A DNA stretch of 64,000 nt. Source: Candidatus Berkelbacteria bacterium. Lineage in GTDB: Bacteria; Patescibacteriota; UBA1384; JACPKC01. The notes under the pieces were generated by a model. It ran no database searches, was not told where the DNA came from, and saw only the letters and a program-made list of their open reading frames with translations. This document shows positions 37,162 through 45,304 of this stretch, one piece after another. The stretch's first letter is position 1; each line of letters opens with the position of its first letter. A program made the translations under genes and the position numbers. Location: the NCBI GenBank assembly GCA_016187225.1, contig JACPKC010000010.1, positions 67,541-131,540 of the forward strand, read 5' to 3'.

Positions 37162-38268
37162 ATGGTTGAGACGCAATCCACGCAAGCCATGTTGGGCGCC
37201 AACGATCGCTCACTTTCACCACATTTAAGCGAGATGCTTAAATTCGCAATTGAACATAGCGCTTCTGACTTACACATTCAAATCGGCGTGCCGCCAGTTA
37301 TCCGCATCGACGGCAAACTTCGCTCGGTGCCAGATCAGCCCCTTTATACTCAAGAATCGGCGGCCGCCGACGTGCTTTCGAGTCTAGGGACCGTGCAACG
37401 CGAACGCTTTGCGACCGAACGCGAACTCGACTTTTCTTTTACCTTTGAAACGATGCGCTTACGTTGCAATGTTTACTATGAAAAAGGCAACATCGTCGGC
37501 GCTTACCGATTAATTCCAACTCAAATTCGAACTGTTGAACAACTTGGCTTGCCGCCGGTTTTGGTTCAGTTAACCGAACACAAACAAGGACTCGTGATTA
37601 TTACTGGCCCAACTGGCCATGGCAAATCCACCACGCTGGCGGCTTTAATCGACCATATTAATCACAATCGCTCCGAGCACATTATTACAATTGAGGATCC
37701 AATCGAGTACATTTTCGCAAATCAGAAAAGCGTCATCTCCCAACGTGAAGTGGGCTTCGATACCAAAACTTTCGCCAATGCCTTGCGCGCTTCCATGCGC
37801 CAAGACCCGAATGTAATTTTAGTCGGTGAGATGCGCGATTTGGAAACGATGGCTTCAGCGTTAACGCTCGCTGAAACTGGTCATTTAGTTTTCACAACTT
37901 TGCACACCAACTCCTCGGCCGAAACCGCTGATCGCATTATCGATGTCTTTCCGCCGCATCAACAACAGCAGATTCGCTCTCAACTTGCCTCGGTTTTATT
38001 GGGCGTCATTTCTCAACGTCTCCTGCCTAAAATCAATGGCGGGCGAGTTGCGGCGGCAGAAATTATGCTGGGCACAACCGCCGTTCGAAATACCATTCGC
38101 GAGGGCAAGACTCATCAGCTCGACAATATTATTCTCACCGGTTCAGCCGAGGGTATGATTAATCTCGATGCTGTGCTTGCCGGTCTCGTTAATAAGGGGG
38201 AAGTTACAATTGACGATGCGATCAACTGGGCGCGCGATTCTAAACAACTCAAGATTAATATCTTTTAG
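37162..38268 (+). CDS. pilT: Twitching motility (pilus retraction) ATPase PilT
   Basis: 'ITGPTGHGKSTTLAALIDHIN', 'ILVGEMRD', 'GHLVFTTLHTNS' and the AIRNLIRE-like block 'AVRNTIREGK' are present. Confidence 0.9.
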   Translation: MVETQSTQAMLGANDRSLSPHLSEMLKFAIEHSASDLHIQIGVPPVIRIDGKLRSVPDQPLYTQESAAADVLSSLGTVQRERFATERELDFSFTFETMRLRCNVYYEKGNIVGAYRLIPTQIRTVEQLGLPPVLVQLTEHKQGLVIITGPTGHGKSTTLAALIDHINHNRSEHIITIEDPIEYIFANQKSVISQREVGFDTKTFANALRASMRQDPNVILVGEMRDLETMASALTLAETGHLVFTTLHTNSSAETADRIIDVFPPHQQQQIRSQLASVLLGVISQRLLPKINGGRVAAAEIMLGTTAVRNTIREGKTHQLDNIILTGSAEGMINLDAVLAGLVNKGEVTIDDAINWARDSKQLKINIF

Positions 38269-38270
38269 TT

Positions 38271-39353
38271 ATGCCCGAGCCCGTAAAAAAACCCGCCCTC
38301 AAGTTCGAGATTGATATTCCTTTTTTGAATAATGTTTCAGTGAGAGAGAAGTCTTTTTTAGCGCGCCAGCTGGCCACGATGCTTGCAAGCGGTTTGGCGC
38401 TTAATCGTGCCGTGGCTATTCTCGTAGCTCAAACTCAAAACAAAACCCTTAAAACGGCGCTTCAGGGTATTGAAACAGATCTCGAGGGCGGCTTGCCGTT
38501 TTCGGGCGCAATTGCCAAACATCCAAAGATTTTTGACCGAGTTTTCGTGAACGTGGTAATTTCGGGCGAAAGCGTGGGGCGCTTGGCGGATGTGCTCAAT
38601 CAACTTGCCGACCAGCTTGAAAAAGATTCCGGCTTCATGAATCGAGTTAAAGGCGCTCTGGCTTATCCAGCCTTTGTCTTTGTGGCGATGATCGTTGTCG
38701 GCGCAATTACGATGGTTTACATCATTCCGCAACTTCAAAGTGTCTTCGAGGAAGCCGGCGCCGAATTGCCATTTTTAACTCGCATGATTATCGCTATAAG
38801 TCATTTTCTACAAAACTATTGGTGGTTAATTATTATTTTTGTCGTCGTAGGTTTAGCTGTTGGTCGCACATATTTTCGTTCCAAAGCGGGCGAGCGTCTC
38901 TGGGGGCTGATTCAACTTCACCTTCCAGGGCATCTTGGCTACGATATCTATATGGCCAGGTTTAATCGCACCCTGGGAATGCTCGTGCAAGCCGGCACAC
39001 CAATTATCGAAGCAATCAGTGTCACGGCGTCGGTGATGGATAATCTGCTTTATCGCGAGTATTTGGCGGCGGCGGCCGATCAAGTTAAACGCGGCGTCCC
39101 GCTTTCCGTGCCTCTTCAAAAAACCGCGCTTTTTCCGCTCATTGTTGGCCAGATGATCGCAGTTGGCGAGCAAACAGGTCGCCTCGATCAGATTCTCTTA
39201 AAACTCGCCGAGTATTATGAAGAGGAAGCAGATAGTAAAATCAAGCAATTAAGCAGTTTAATTGAGCCGATTGTAATCGTTTTGATCGGTGTTGGAGTGG
39301 GGATTCTTGTCTATGCGATCCTGGTGCCAATCTATAATATCGCACAGTTCTAA
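38271..39353 (+). CDS. pilC: Type IV pilus platform protein PilC (GspF family)
   Basis: It has two T2SSF repeats and about three TM segments. A GspF-type block 'AYPAFVFVAMIVV' is present. Confidence 0.88.
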   Translation: MPEPVKKPALKFEIDIPFLNNVSVREKSFLARQLATMLASGLALNRAVAILVAQTQNKTLKTALQGIETDLEGGLPFSGAIAKHPKIFDRVFVNVVISGESVGRLADVLNQLADQLEKDSGFMNRVKGALAYPAFVFVAMIVVGAITMVYIIPQLQSVFEEAGAELPFLTRMIIAISHFLQNYWWLIIIFVVVGLAVGRTYFRSKAGERLWGLIQLHLPGHLGYDIYMARFNRTLGMLVQAGTPIIEAISVTASVMDNLLYREYLAAAADQVKRGVPLSVPLQKTALFPLIVGQMIAVGEQTGRLDQILLKLAEYYEEEADSKIKQLSSLIEPIVIVLIGVGVGILVYAILVPIYNIAQF

Positions 39354-39870
39354 GGGTTTTACGCTTTTAGAGCTCATGATCGTTATCACGATCGGCGGTA
39401 TTTTAATTAGTGTTGTCGGCATGAATTTTTCGTCAACGCGAAGGCAGGCGCGGGACGCGGTGCGGAAAAGTGACGTTGAGGCGATTCAAACGGCGCTCGA
39501 GCTTTATTACAACGCTCACAATGAGTTTCCCAATTTCAATACCTGGGCAACGAGCAATAACTCGATCGGATCTGGCAATTGGGCCTCGCTTCAGCAGGAT
39601 TTAAGCCCATATTTAAGTTCAATGCCGACCGATCCGGTGAATGCGAGTGGAACTACGCCTGAAAATGGCGGGCTGGCTTACGGCTATCTATCCACAGCCG
39701 CCTATGGTTGCACTGGACAATGGTATGTTCTTGTTTATACACTTGAAGTTGAGAACGATCCCGCTTTAACTCGAAGCCCAGGGATTTCTACTTGCAACAG
39801 TCAAACGCTTAACGATAGCAACCTTGCAAGCGCTCCTTGGACGTTTTGGGTCGGTGTCTCTGGGAGTTAA
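39313..39870 (+). CDS. Type IV pilin-like protein (prepilin with an N-terminal methylation motif)
   Basis: Class III signal 'KG/FTLLELMIVITIGGIL'. The start is ambiguous (GTG 39289 or ATG 39313) because the leader overlaps the pilC 3' end. Confidence 0.75.
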   Translation: MRSWCQSIISHSSKGFTLLELMIVITIGGILISVVGMNFSSTRRQARDAVRKSDVEAIQTALELYYNAHNEFPNFNTWATSNNSIGSGNWASLQQDLSPYLSSMPTDPVNASGTTPENGGLAYGYLSTAAYGCTGQWYVLVYTLEVENDPALTRSPGISTCNSQTLNDSNLASAPWTFWVGVSGS

Positions 39871-39970
39871 AATATGCTAGAGTAATCAAAAGGTATTTAT
39901 CGATCGAAGTTGAGAACGTCTTGGCTCTATCGGACAAAAATTATCACTCACAATAATAAAAGGAGGCAGA

Positions 39971-40465
39971 ATGAATTTACATAGAAGTAAACAACGAGGT
40001 TTCACGCTCCTCGAGCTCCTCGTTGTGGTTGCGATTATCGCGATTTTAGCCGCGGTGATTGTGGCAAACTTAAACTCGGCGCGAAGTAAGGCAAATGATG
40101 CCAAGGTGAAGCAGGATCTCAATGGCGTCGATCAGGCACTTGCAGTTGCGACCGCTGACCCATCGGTTCTTGGATCGGCGCCTTTAAACGCCTTAAATAA
40201 TGGCGGCGGCGTTTTAGTTGATATCGACACCGAAACGGCGCTAACAGTTAATGGTTATCTTAAGACTTTTCCAATTCCACCATCGGGTATAACGCAATAT
40301 AACTATCGTAGCAACTATTCCAATGGGATTTTCGGCTATGTGTTGTGGGGTACACTCTCAACAAAAACTGGCGCAAACAATGACTGCTGGGTTATAAACA
40401 CCGGTAACGCTTTTCAGTCGAACGGCTGTCTTGCCGCCGATACAACTGGTGTAACACTTCCGTAA
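39971..40465 (+). CDS. pilA: Type IV pilin, probable major pilin PilA
   Basis: Strong SD AAAGGAGG. Leader 'MNLHRSKQRG' is followed by 'FTLLELLVVVAIIAILAAV', which is the canonical prepilin peptidase site. Confidence 0.85.
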   Translation: MNLHRSKQRGFTLLELLVVVAIIAILAAVIVANLNSARSKANDAKVKQDLNGVDQALAVATADPSVLGSAPLNALNNGGGVLVDIDTETALTVNGYLKTFPIPPSGITQYNYRSNYSNGIFGYVLWGTLSTKTGANNDCWVINTGNAFQSNGCLAADTTGVTLP

Positions 40466-40478
40466 TTTAAGAATTTTC

Positions 40479-41273
40479 ATGTCGGAGTTTGAGCAAGCGG
40501 TCAATTTTTGGCCGCTTGCGGCGATTTTTGGTCTGTTTTGGGGTTCATTCTTGAATGTTCTTGCTTTGCGCTGGGGTTCAAAGTATCGAGGCTTGACACT
40601 CGCAGAACGGAGTCACTGCCCAAAGTGCCAAAAAATTTTAAATTGGCACGAGCTTCTGCCCCTAATAAGTCTTATACTTTTACACGGCCGTTGCCGAGGC
40701 TGTCGAAAAAAAATTGACTTGCGCTATCCAGGCGTTGAAATTTTAACCGCAGTTTTTCTTGGGGGAATAGTTTTTAAGTATGGGTTGTCAGCTCAAGCCT
40801 TAACTCTGTCAGTTGCCGGGAGTTTGCTTTTGATCGCGGCGCTAGTTGATTTTGAAACTCAAATTTTACCCGATTCTTTAGTTGCAAGCGCTTTCGTTTT
40901 AACTCTCCTTGTAACACTTTTACTGGGTCAATCAGCGCTTGTGAATCTAGCGTTTCCAGTTTCCAGTTGGTGGCGGGGCGCCTTAACCGGCGGGTTGATC
41001 ATCGGCGCGATTTTTCTTCTTACGCGTGGGAAGGGGATTGGTTTTGGCGATGTTAAATTAGCGACCGTGCTCGGATCAGTAGTCGGTATGAGCGGCGCCC
41101 TACTTATGTTGTGGAGCGCGTTTATTTTGGGCAGTCTTGTGGGCGGAACACTTCTACTTCGTCGCCGCGCAACCTTAAAGACCGCTCTTCCATTCGGCCC
41201 CTTTTTATTTGCTGGCTGGCTGATCGCGCTTTTTTGGGGTCGTGACATCATTGCATGGTATACTCAATTATAA
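40479..41273 (+). CDS. pilD: Prepilin peptidase PilD (A24 family)
   Basis: N-terminal zinc-binding 'CPKCQ...CRGC', a polytopic membrane domain and the catalytic Asp motif 'GFGDVKL'. Confidence 0.85.
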   Translation: MSEFEQAVNFWPLAAIFGLFWGSFLNVLALRWGSKYRGLTLAERSHCPKCQKILNWHELLPLISLILLHGRCRGCRKKIDLRYPGVEILTAVFLGGIVFKYGLSAQALTLSVAGSLLLIAALVDFETQILPDSLVASAFVLTLLVTLLLGQSALVNLAFPVSSWWRGALTGGLIIGAIFLLTRGKGIGFGDVKLATVLGSVVGMSGALLMLWSAFILGSLVGGTLLLRRRATLKTALPFGPFLFAGWLIALFWGRDIIAWYTQL

Positions 41274-41292
41274 TATTGACGGGTAATAAGTT

Positions 41293-41796
41293 ATGCGTAA
41301 AAACGATACTAATCAGGGTTTCTCGCTTATCGAACTCTTAATCGTCATGGTTATTATTGGTATGTTGGCAACCGTCGTTACTATTTCGTCTTCAGCCTCA
41401 AGGGCGCAGGCGCGCGATAGTCGCCGCAAATCCGATGTCCAGACCGTGGCCGCGGCGCTTGAAACTTATCGAGTTGAGAACAAAGTTTACCCAACCGAGA
41501 ATAACTTCTCCGGAAGCTGGGACGACCTCAAAGTCGTGCTTTTCCCCGATTTTATTTCCGAATGGCCCGACGATCCACAAGGCAATGCCAGTCAATATGG
41601 CGAGGGGTATGTGTACGCAACCGACTCGCTTGGTTCGGCTTACGCGCTTGACGTCACCTTAGAAGGGGATGAAGACGTAACCTTGCAACCCAACGAAATC
41701 GACGAAACTTTGACAGTTAATCCAGATGAAGATTTTTTCGTCACAGGTATCTATAGTTATGGCGGCGACACCCATTACCGCTTCAGCGGCCGGTAA
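41293..41796 (+). CDS. Type IV minor pilin/pseudopilin-like protein
   Basis: Leader 'MRKNDTNQG/FSLIELLIVMVIIGMLA' is a prepilin motif. Confidence 0.78.
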   Translation: MRKNDTNQGFSLIELLIVMVIIGMLATVVTISSSASRAQARDSRRKSDVQTVAAALETYRVENKVYPTENNFSGSWDDLKVVLFPDFISEWPDDPQGNASQYGEGYVYATDSLGSAYALDVTLEGDEDVTLQPNEIDETLTVNPDEDFFVTGIYSYGGDTHYRFSGR

Positions 41797-42283
41797 GGGC
41801 TTTACCCTTATTGAACTTATCATTTCGATGGCGATCATCGTGATGCTTTTAGGTTTGGGAATTCCAGCTTTTCGACGCTATGGTTTACGAGCTGATCTAG
41901 AAAATGCAGGTGTGACTTTAGCCACTAATATCTTTCGGGCGCGCACTTTAAGTTTGGCGCCCGAAGCGAGCAAAGAAGGTAATATCACGGCCTACGGCGT
42001 TGCTTTTGATGCTCTGAATAATAAATACCGCATTGCGCGCTTTAGTGGCGAGGGGGCAAACGTTCAAGAAGAAAGCGTCGTCGATCAATTTCTTTTACCC
42101 AATCAGGTCGCTTTTTCGGTTGCGCCTGCCGAGCCGATTCTTTTTCCGCTTGCTCTTCAAGGCGAGCCGGCCCAGCTGCCCGCGGATAGCAACCTCGCTC
42201 TTTTACACACTCGACTCGCCCAAAACAACTCGCGGACTATAAACATCAATCAAGTTACCGGTCAAGTCAGCTTAGAGGAGTAA
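41759..42283 (+). CDS. Type IV minor pilin-like protein
   Basis: Prepilin motif 'AGKG/FTLIELIISMAIIVMLLGL'. The start is taken at the internal ATG; the ORF-track start at 41726 overlaps the upstream pilin. Confidence 0.7.
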   Translation: MAATPITASAAGKGFTLIELIISMAIIVMLLGLGIPAFRRYGLRADLENAGVTLATNIFRARTLSLAPEASKEGNITAYGVAFDALNNKYRIARFSGEGANVQEESVVDQFLLPNQVAFSVAPAEPILFPLALQGEPAQLPADSNLALLHTRLAQNNSRTININQVTGQVSLEE

Positions 42284-42284
42284 A

Positions 42285-42905
42285 GTGAAGACAGCTTTCA
42301 ACGCGCCACCGGCGACAAGAGGTTTCGGCTTGCTTGAGGTTGTGCTCGCAACCGGTATTTTGGCGCTCGTTGTTACTGGCGCAGTGGCGCTTTTGAATGG
42401 CGCCTTGCGCCGAGCGAATTTGTCAGCCGAGCGAACGACGGCTATGAACCTTGCGCAAGAGGGGATTGAGCTTGTTCGAGCCGCTCGCGATATCACCTTC
42501 ATTGACGATGAGAATAATGCTTGGGATGCAAATTTACCGATCTCAACCGATGAAGGCACTTTGCAAGCGGCTGGTAGCGATCCTTATGGAATTGCTTATG
42601 TGCTTGTACCGGGAAGCGGTGGTCTTTATGCATGGCAACTTAGAAAAAATTACCCGCCCACAGCATTCATTGGCGGTGGGATCGCAAATGGCATCCAAAC
42701 CATCCCACTCAATGATATCGATTACCAGCGTGAGGTTTATGTAACCGTGCCATCACTTGGTTACGTTACGCAGGCTGGCTTGCCAAATGGCGTCACCGAT
42801 GACGATATTATCCGCAAGATTAAGGTAATTGTGCGATGGGGAGATAGCGCCGGGCAGGCGGTTGAGTCGATTACTTATCTCACTAATTGGCGAACGGGAA
42901 CGTGA
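42285..42905 (+). CDS. Type IV minor pilin-like protein (PilV/FimT-like)
   Basis: Prepilin-like N-terminus 'RG/FGLLEVVLATGILALVV'. Confidence 0.65.
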   Translation: MKTAFNAPPATRGFGLLEVVLATGILALVVTGAVALLNGALRRANLSAERTTAMNLAQEGIELVRAARDITFIDDENNAWDANLPISTDEGTLQAAGSDPYGIAYVLVPGSGGLYAWQLRKNYPPTAFIGGGIANGIQTIPLNDIDYQREVYVTVPSLGYVTQAGLPNGVTDDDIIRKIKVIVRWGDSAGQAVESITYLTNWRTGT

Positions 42906-43492
42906 TGACCAAAGGCTTCACTCTTATAGAGGTGCTTATTGCTTCATCGATTTTTGTTGGAGTGCTAATGATCGGCACAATCTCTTTCAGTTCAACAAGC
43001 ACAAAAAGTGAAGAGGTGAAGCACATTCAAACCACAGCGCAAACCGCGAGATTGATTGCCGAGGCGATTTCACGCGATGTGCGAGCCTCTACCGGTGAGA
43101 AAGCGCCCGATGGCACATATCTGCAGTATCCTTTTACGCTTTTTAGTAACAATCAAAAAGTAACCTCTCTCGTATTGGGCGTAGCGAGTGGCGACGCACT
43201 CGAAATTGCGCGCTACGATCCGACTACGCAAGCTATCGTTACAAAGAAATATGCCGTAACTCTAAATGGCAATGGCGAAGAAATTTTTTCGGTCAGTAAA
43301 AATGGGGGAGTGGCCGAATCGCTTCTTCCAACTGGTTACTCAATTCAAGGCGTCTATTTTTGGGCTGTAACGCATGAACTTGCGGCCGATCGTTTTTATC
43401 CTTTTGTGAAATTCAGTTTTGCTGTTGTTCATAATGAGTCGGGCACTTCACAAAGAATCAGCTCGGCCGTTGCCACGCGGGAACTGTTCTAA
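42905..43492 (+). CDS. Type IV minor pilin-like protein (PilW-like)
   Basis: Prepilin motif 'MTKG/FTLIEVLIASSIFVGVL'. The ATG at 42905 gives a short leader; the ORF-track TTG at 42887 is an alternative. Confidence 0.72.
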   Translation: MTKGFTLIEVLIASSIFVGVLMIGTISFSSTSTKSEEVKHIQTTAQTARLIAEAISRDVRASTGEKAPDGTYLQYPFTLFSNNQKVTSLVLGVASGDALEIARYDPTTQAIVTKKYAVTLNGNGEEIFSVSKNGGVAESLLPTGYSIQGVYFWAVTHELAADRFYPFVKFSFAVVHNESGTSQRISSAVATRELF

Positions 43493-43644
43493 ACACAGTT
43501 GATATCCGCGTATCATTACGAGGAGCCAAGGGCGACGGAGTAATCTGGTAAAGATTACCGCATAGTCGAAAAGTCTCGACAAATTTGAGCAGAAACATGT
43601 ACACTCGGCGGAGTTTTGTAATCTTTCCAAGGAGGTAAGTTGTT

Positions 43645-44778
43645 GTGCGTATTTTCTTCATTCTGGCTTTCAGCCTCCTCTCGGCCGTGCCTACCTGGGC
43701 GAAGCTAAGCGAGCAGGAGGTCCGAGCTGTTCTCATCGGAGTGGAAGAAGACAATTTAAACGATCGCTATAGCGAGTCGTGGTGGACACGAGAATTTCGT
43801 CTTTTCAGTGGCACGAACGACGAGTGGTCGCTTGATTCTTACACTCGACAACATGTGCAAAAAGAAATCAGTCGACTCCGGAGTGGCAAAACTCCACTCC
43901 GTATCTGGGAGTATGATCCAGGTCATGCGATTGTAGTCATTTACCATCTCTGGGATAAAGATCAATCCAGGCTTGTAACGAGTTCAATCGCGCACCTTGT
44001 GCGAGAGGAGGGTCGCTGGAAACAGTCGGCAAGTTCCGGAATCTGGTTGAATTATAGTGTCCTCGGTTTCCCGCGAGCAACTCCAGCTTATCTTGATCAG
44101 GATTTCGCAAAGTCTAAAAGGAACTTCTTGAACAAGAAACCCAAGAAGACTTTGGTGACCGCGGCTCAAAAAGCGCTTAAAACACTTATCCCAAAGTACG
44201 ATCTGGGGGGAACATTGTCTTCGAGTAAGTGTCTGCGTGTCATACTTTGCGAGGGTTGGAACGAGCAACGTAAAAAGTCAACCATCAAACTTTTAATTGA
44301 GCTCAATCAACCACTTACTTCAAACACATACTCAAAATACGTCTTGTTCGAGGTTGGATTGGACGACCTGGCAACAGGGAAAACGCTTGTCGTGCGTCCA
44401 CTCGATGAAAATGGAATTTTTGATTTCCCAAAGGTAGCGATTTCATACGAACTAGCCCCTCAAGTTGCGTTTGGGCCGACACGCCAGGCGCTTGCCGAAG
44501 CGAAAGGCGCGTATAAACAGGGGTGTGTTTTGTTTGCATCCTGGTGCGCCCTGAACCGACTCGATCGCGTTCAGACCTACTTTTCTTCTGACAAGCAGGG
44601 GAAAGTATGGTGGCAGGCGGCTTTCCCATTCGCCAAACTAACGTGGCAGAATGTCGAGCTCGTTGAGTTTAGCTCCGCCAAGGTCAAGCTCATCTTGCCC
44701 ACCCGGCACGGAAAAACCGCGGTTGTCTTAGTGAAAGAAGGTAATCGTTGGCGCGCCCAGTCGGTCGACAATGAGTAG
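43645..44778 (+). CDS. Secreted hypothetical protein (377 aa) downstream of the pilin genes
   Basis: GTG start with an AGGAGG SD. Signal peptide 'FFILAFSLLSAVPTWA'. No family assignment. Confidence 0.6.
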   Translation: MRIFFILAFSLLSAVPTWAKLSEQEVRAVLIGVEEDNLNDRYSESWWTREFRLFSGTNDEWSLDSYTRQHVQKEISRLRSGKTPLRIWEYDPGHAIVVIYHLWDKDQSRLVTSSIAHLVREEGRWKQSASSGIWLNYSVLGFPRATPAYLDQDFAKSKRNFLNKKPKKTLVTAAQKALKTLIPKYDLGGTLSSSKCLRVILCEGWNEQRKKSTIKLLIELNQPLTSNTYSKYVLFEVGLDDLATGKTLVVRPLDENGIFDFPKVAISYELAPQVAFGPTRQALAEAKGAYKQGCVLFASWCALNRLDRVQTYFSSDKQGKVWWQAAFPFAKLTWQNVELVEFSSAKVKLILPTRHGKTAVVLVKEGNRWRAQSVDNE

Positions 44779-44809
44779 ATGAGTGGCGGGGCAGGTCGCT
44801 CAATTTTCC

Positions 44810-44834
44810 AGGCCCCACAAGGGCCTTTTCTTTT
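44810..44834 (+). terminator. Rho-independent terminator after the pilus-locus secreted protein
   Basis: Hairpin AGGCCC-CACAA-GGGCCT followed by TTTTCTTTT. Confidence 0.6.
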
Positions 44835-44869
44835 ACAGCTCACCCGAGCTTGTTATACTGCCACCATCT

Positions 44870-45304
44870 ATGCAACCCCTTGAGTATATTGTTAACACCG
44901 ACGGCGGCGCCCGTGGCAACCCAGGCCCCGCTGGCGCGGGCATTGTCATCCAAACCCAAACGGGCGAAATTTTAAGTGAGCTTAAAAAATCACTCGGCAC
45001 GCTCACGAATAATCAAGCCGAATACTGGGGCGTTATTTTTGCCCTTGAAGAGCTCAAGCAGTTTATCGTGAATGATATTGCGCCAGTTCGTTTCCATCTC
45101 GATAGCCTGCTCGTAGTTGAACAACTCAAGGGAAACTATAAAATCAAGAATGAAGGTTTAAAGCCGCTTTTTTGGAAAGTAAAAACTTTAATCGACGAAC
45201 TTGGTGTCGTGGTGAGTTTTAAGCACATTCCGCGCCGGGAAAATACTCGCGCTGACGAACTCGCCAACCAGGCGATGGATGAAGTAGATAGGTCACGAAC
45301 GTGA
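44870..45304 (+). CDS. rnhA: Ribonuclease HI
   Basis: 'NTDGGARGNPGPAGAG', 'NNQAEY' and 'HIPRRENTRADELAN' catalytic blocks. The start is taken at the internal ATG downstream of the terminator. Confidence 0.88.
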   Translation: MQPLEYIVNTDGGARGNPGPAGAGIVIQTQTGEILSELKKSLGTLTNNQAEYWGVIFALEELKQFIVNDIAPVRFHLDSLLVVEQLKGNYKIKNEGLKPLFWKVKTLIDELGVVVSFKHIPRRENTRADELANQAMDEVDRSRT

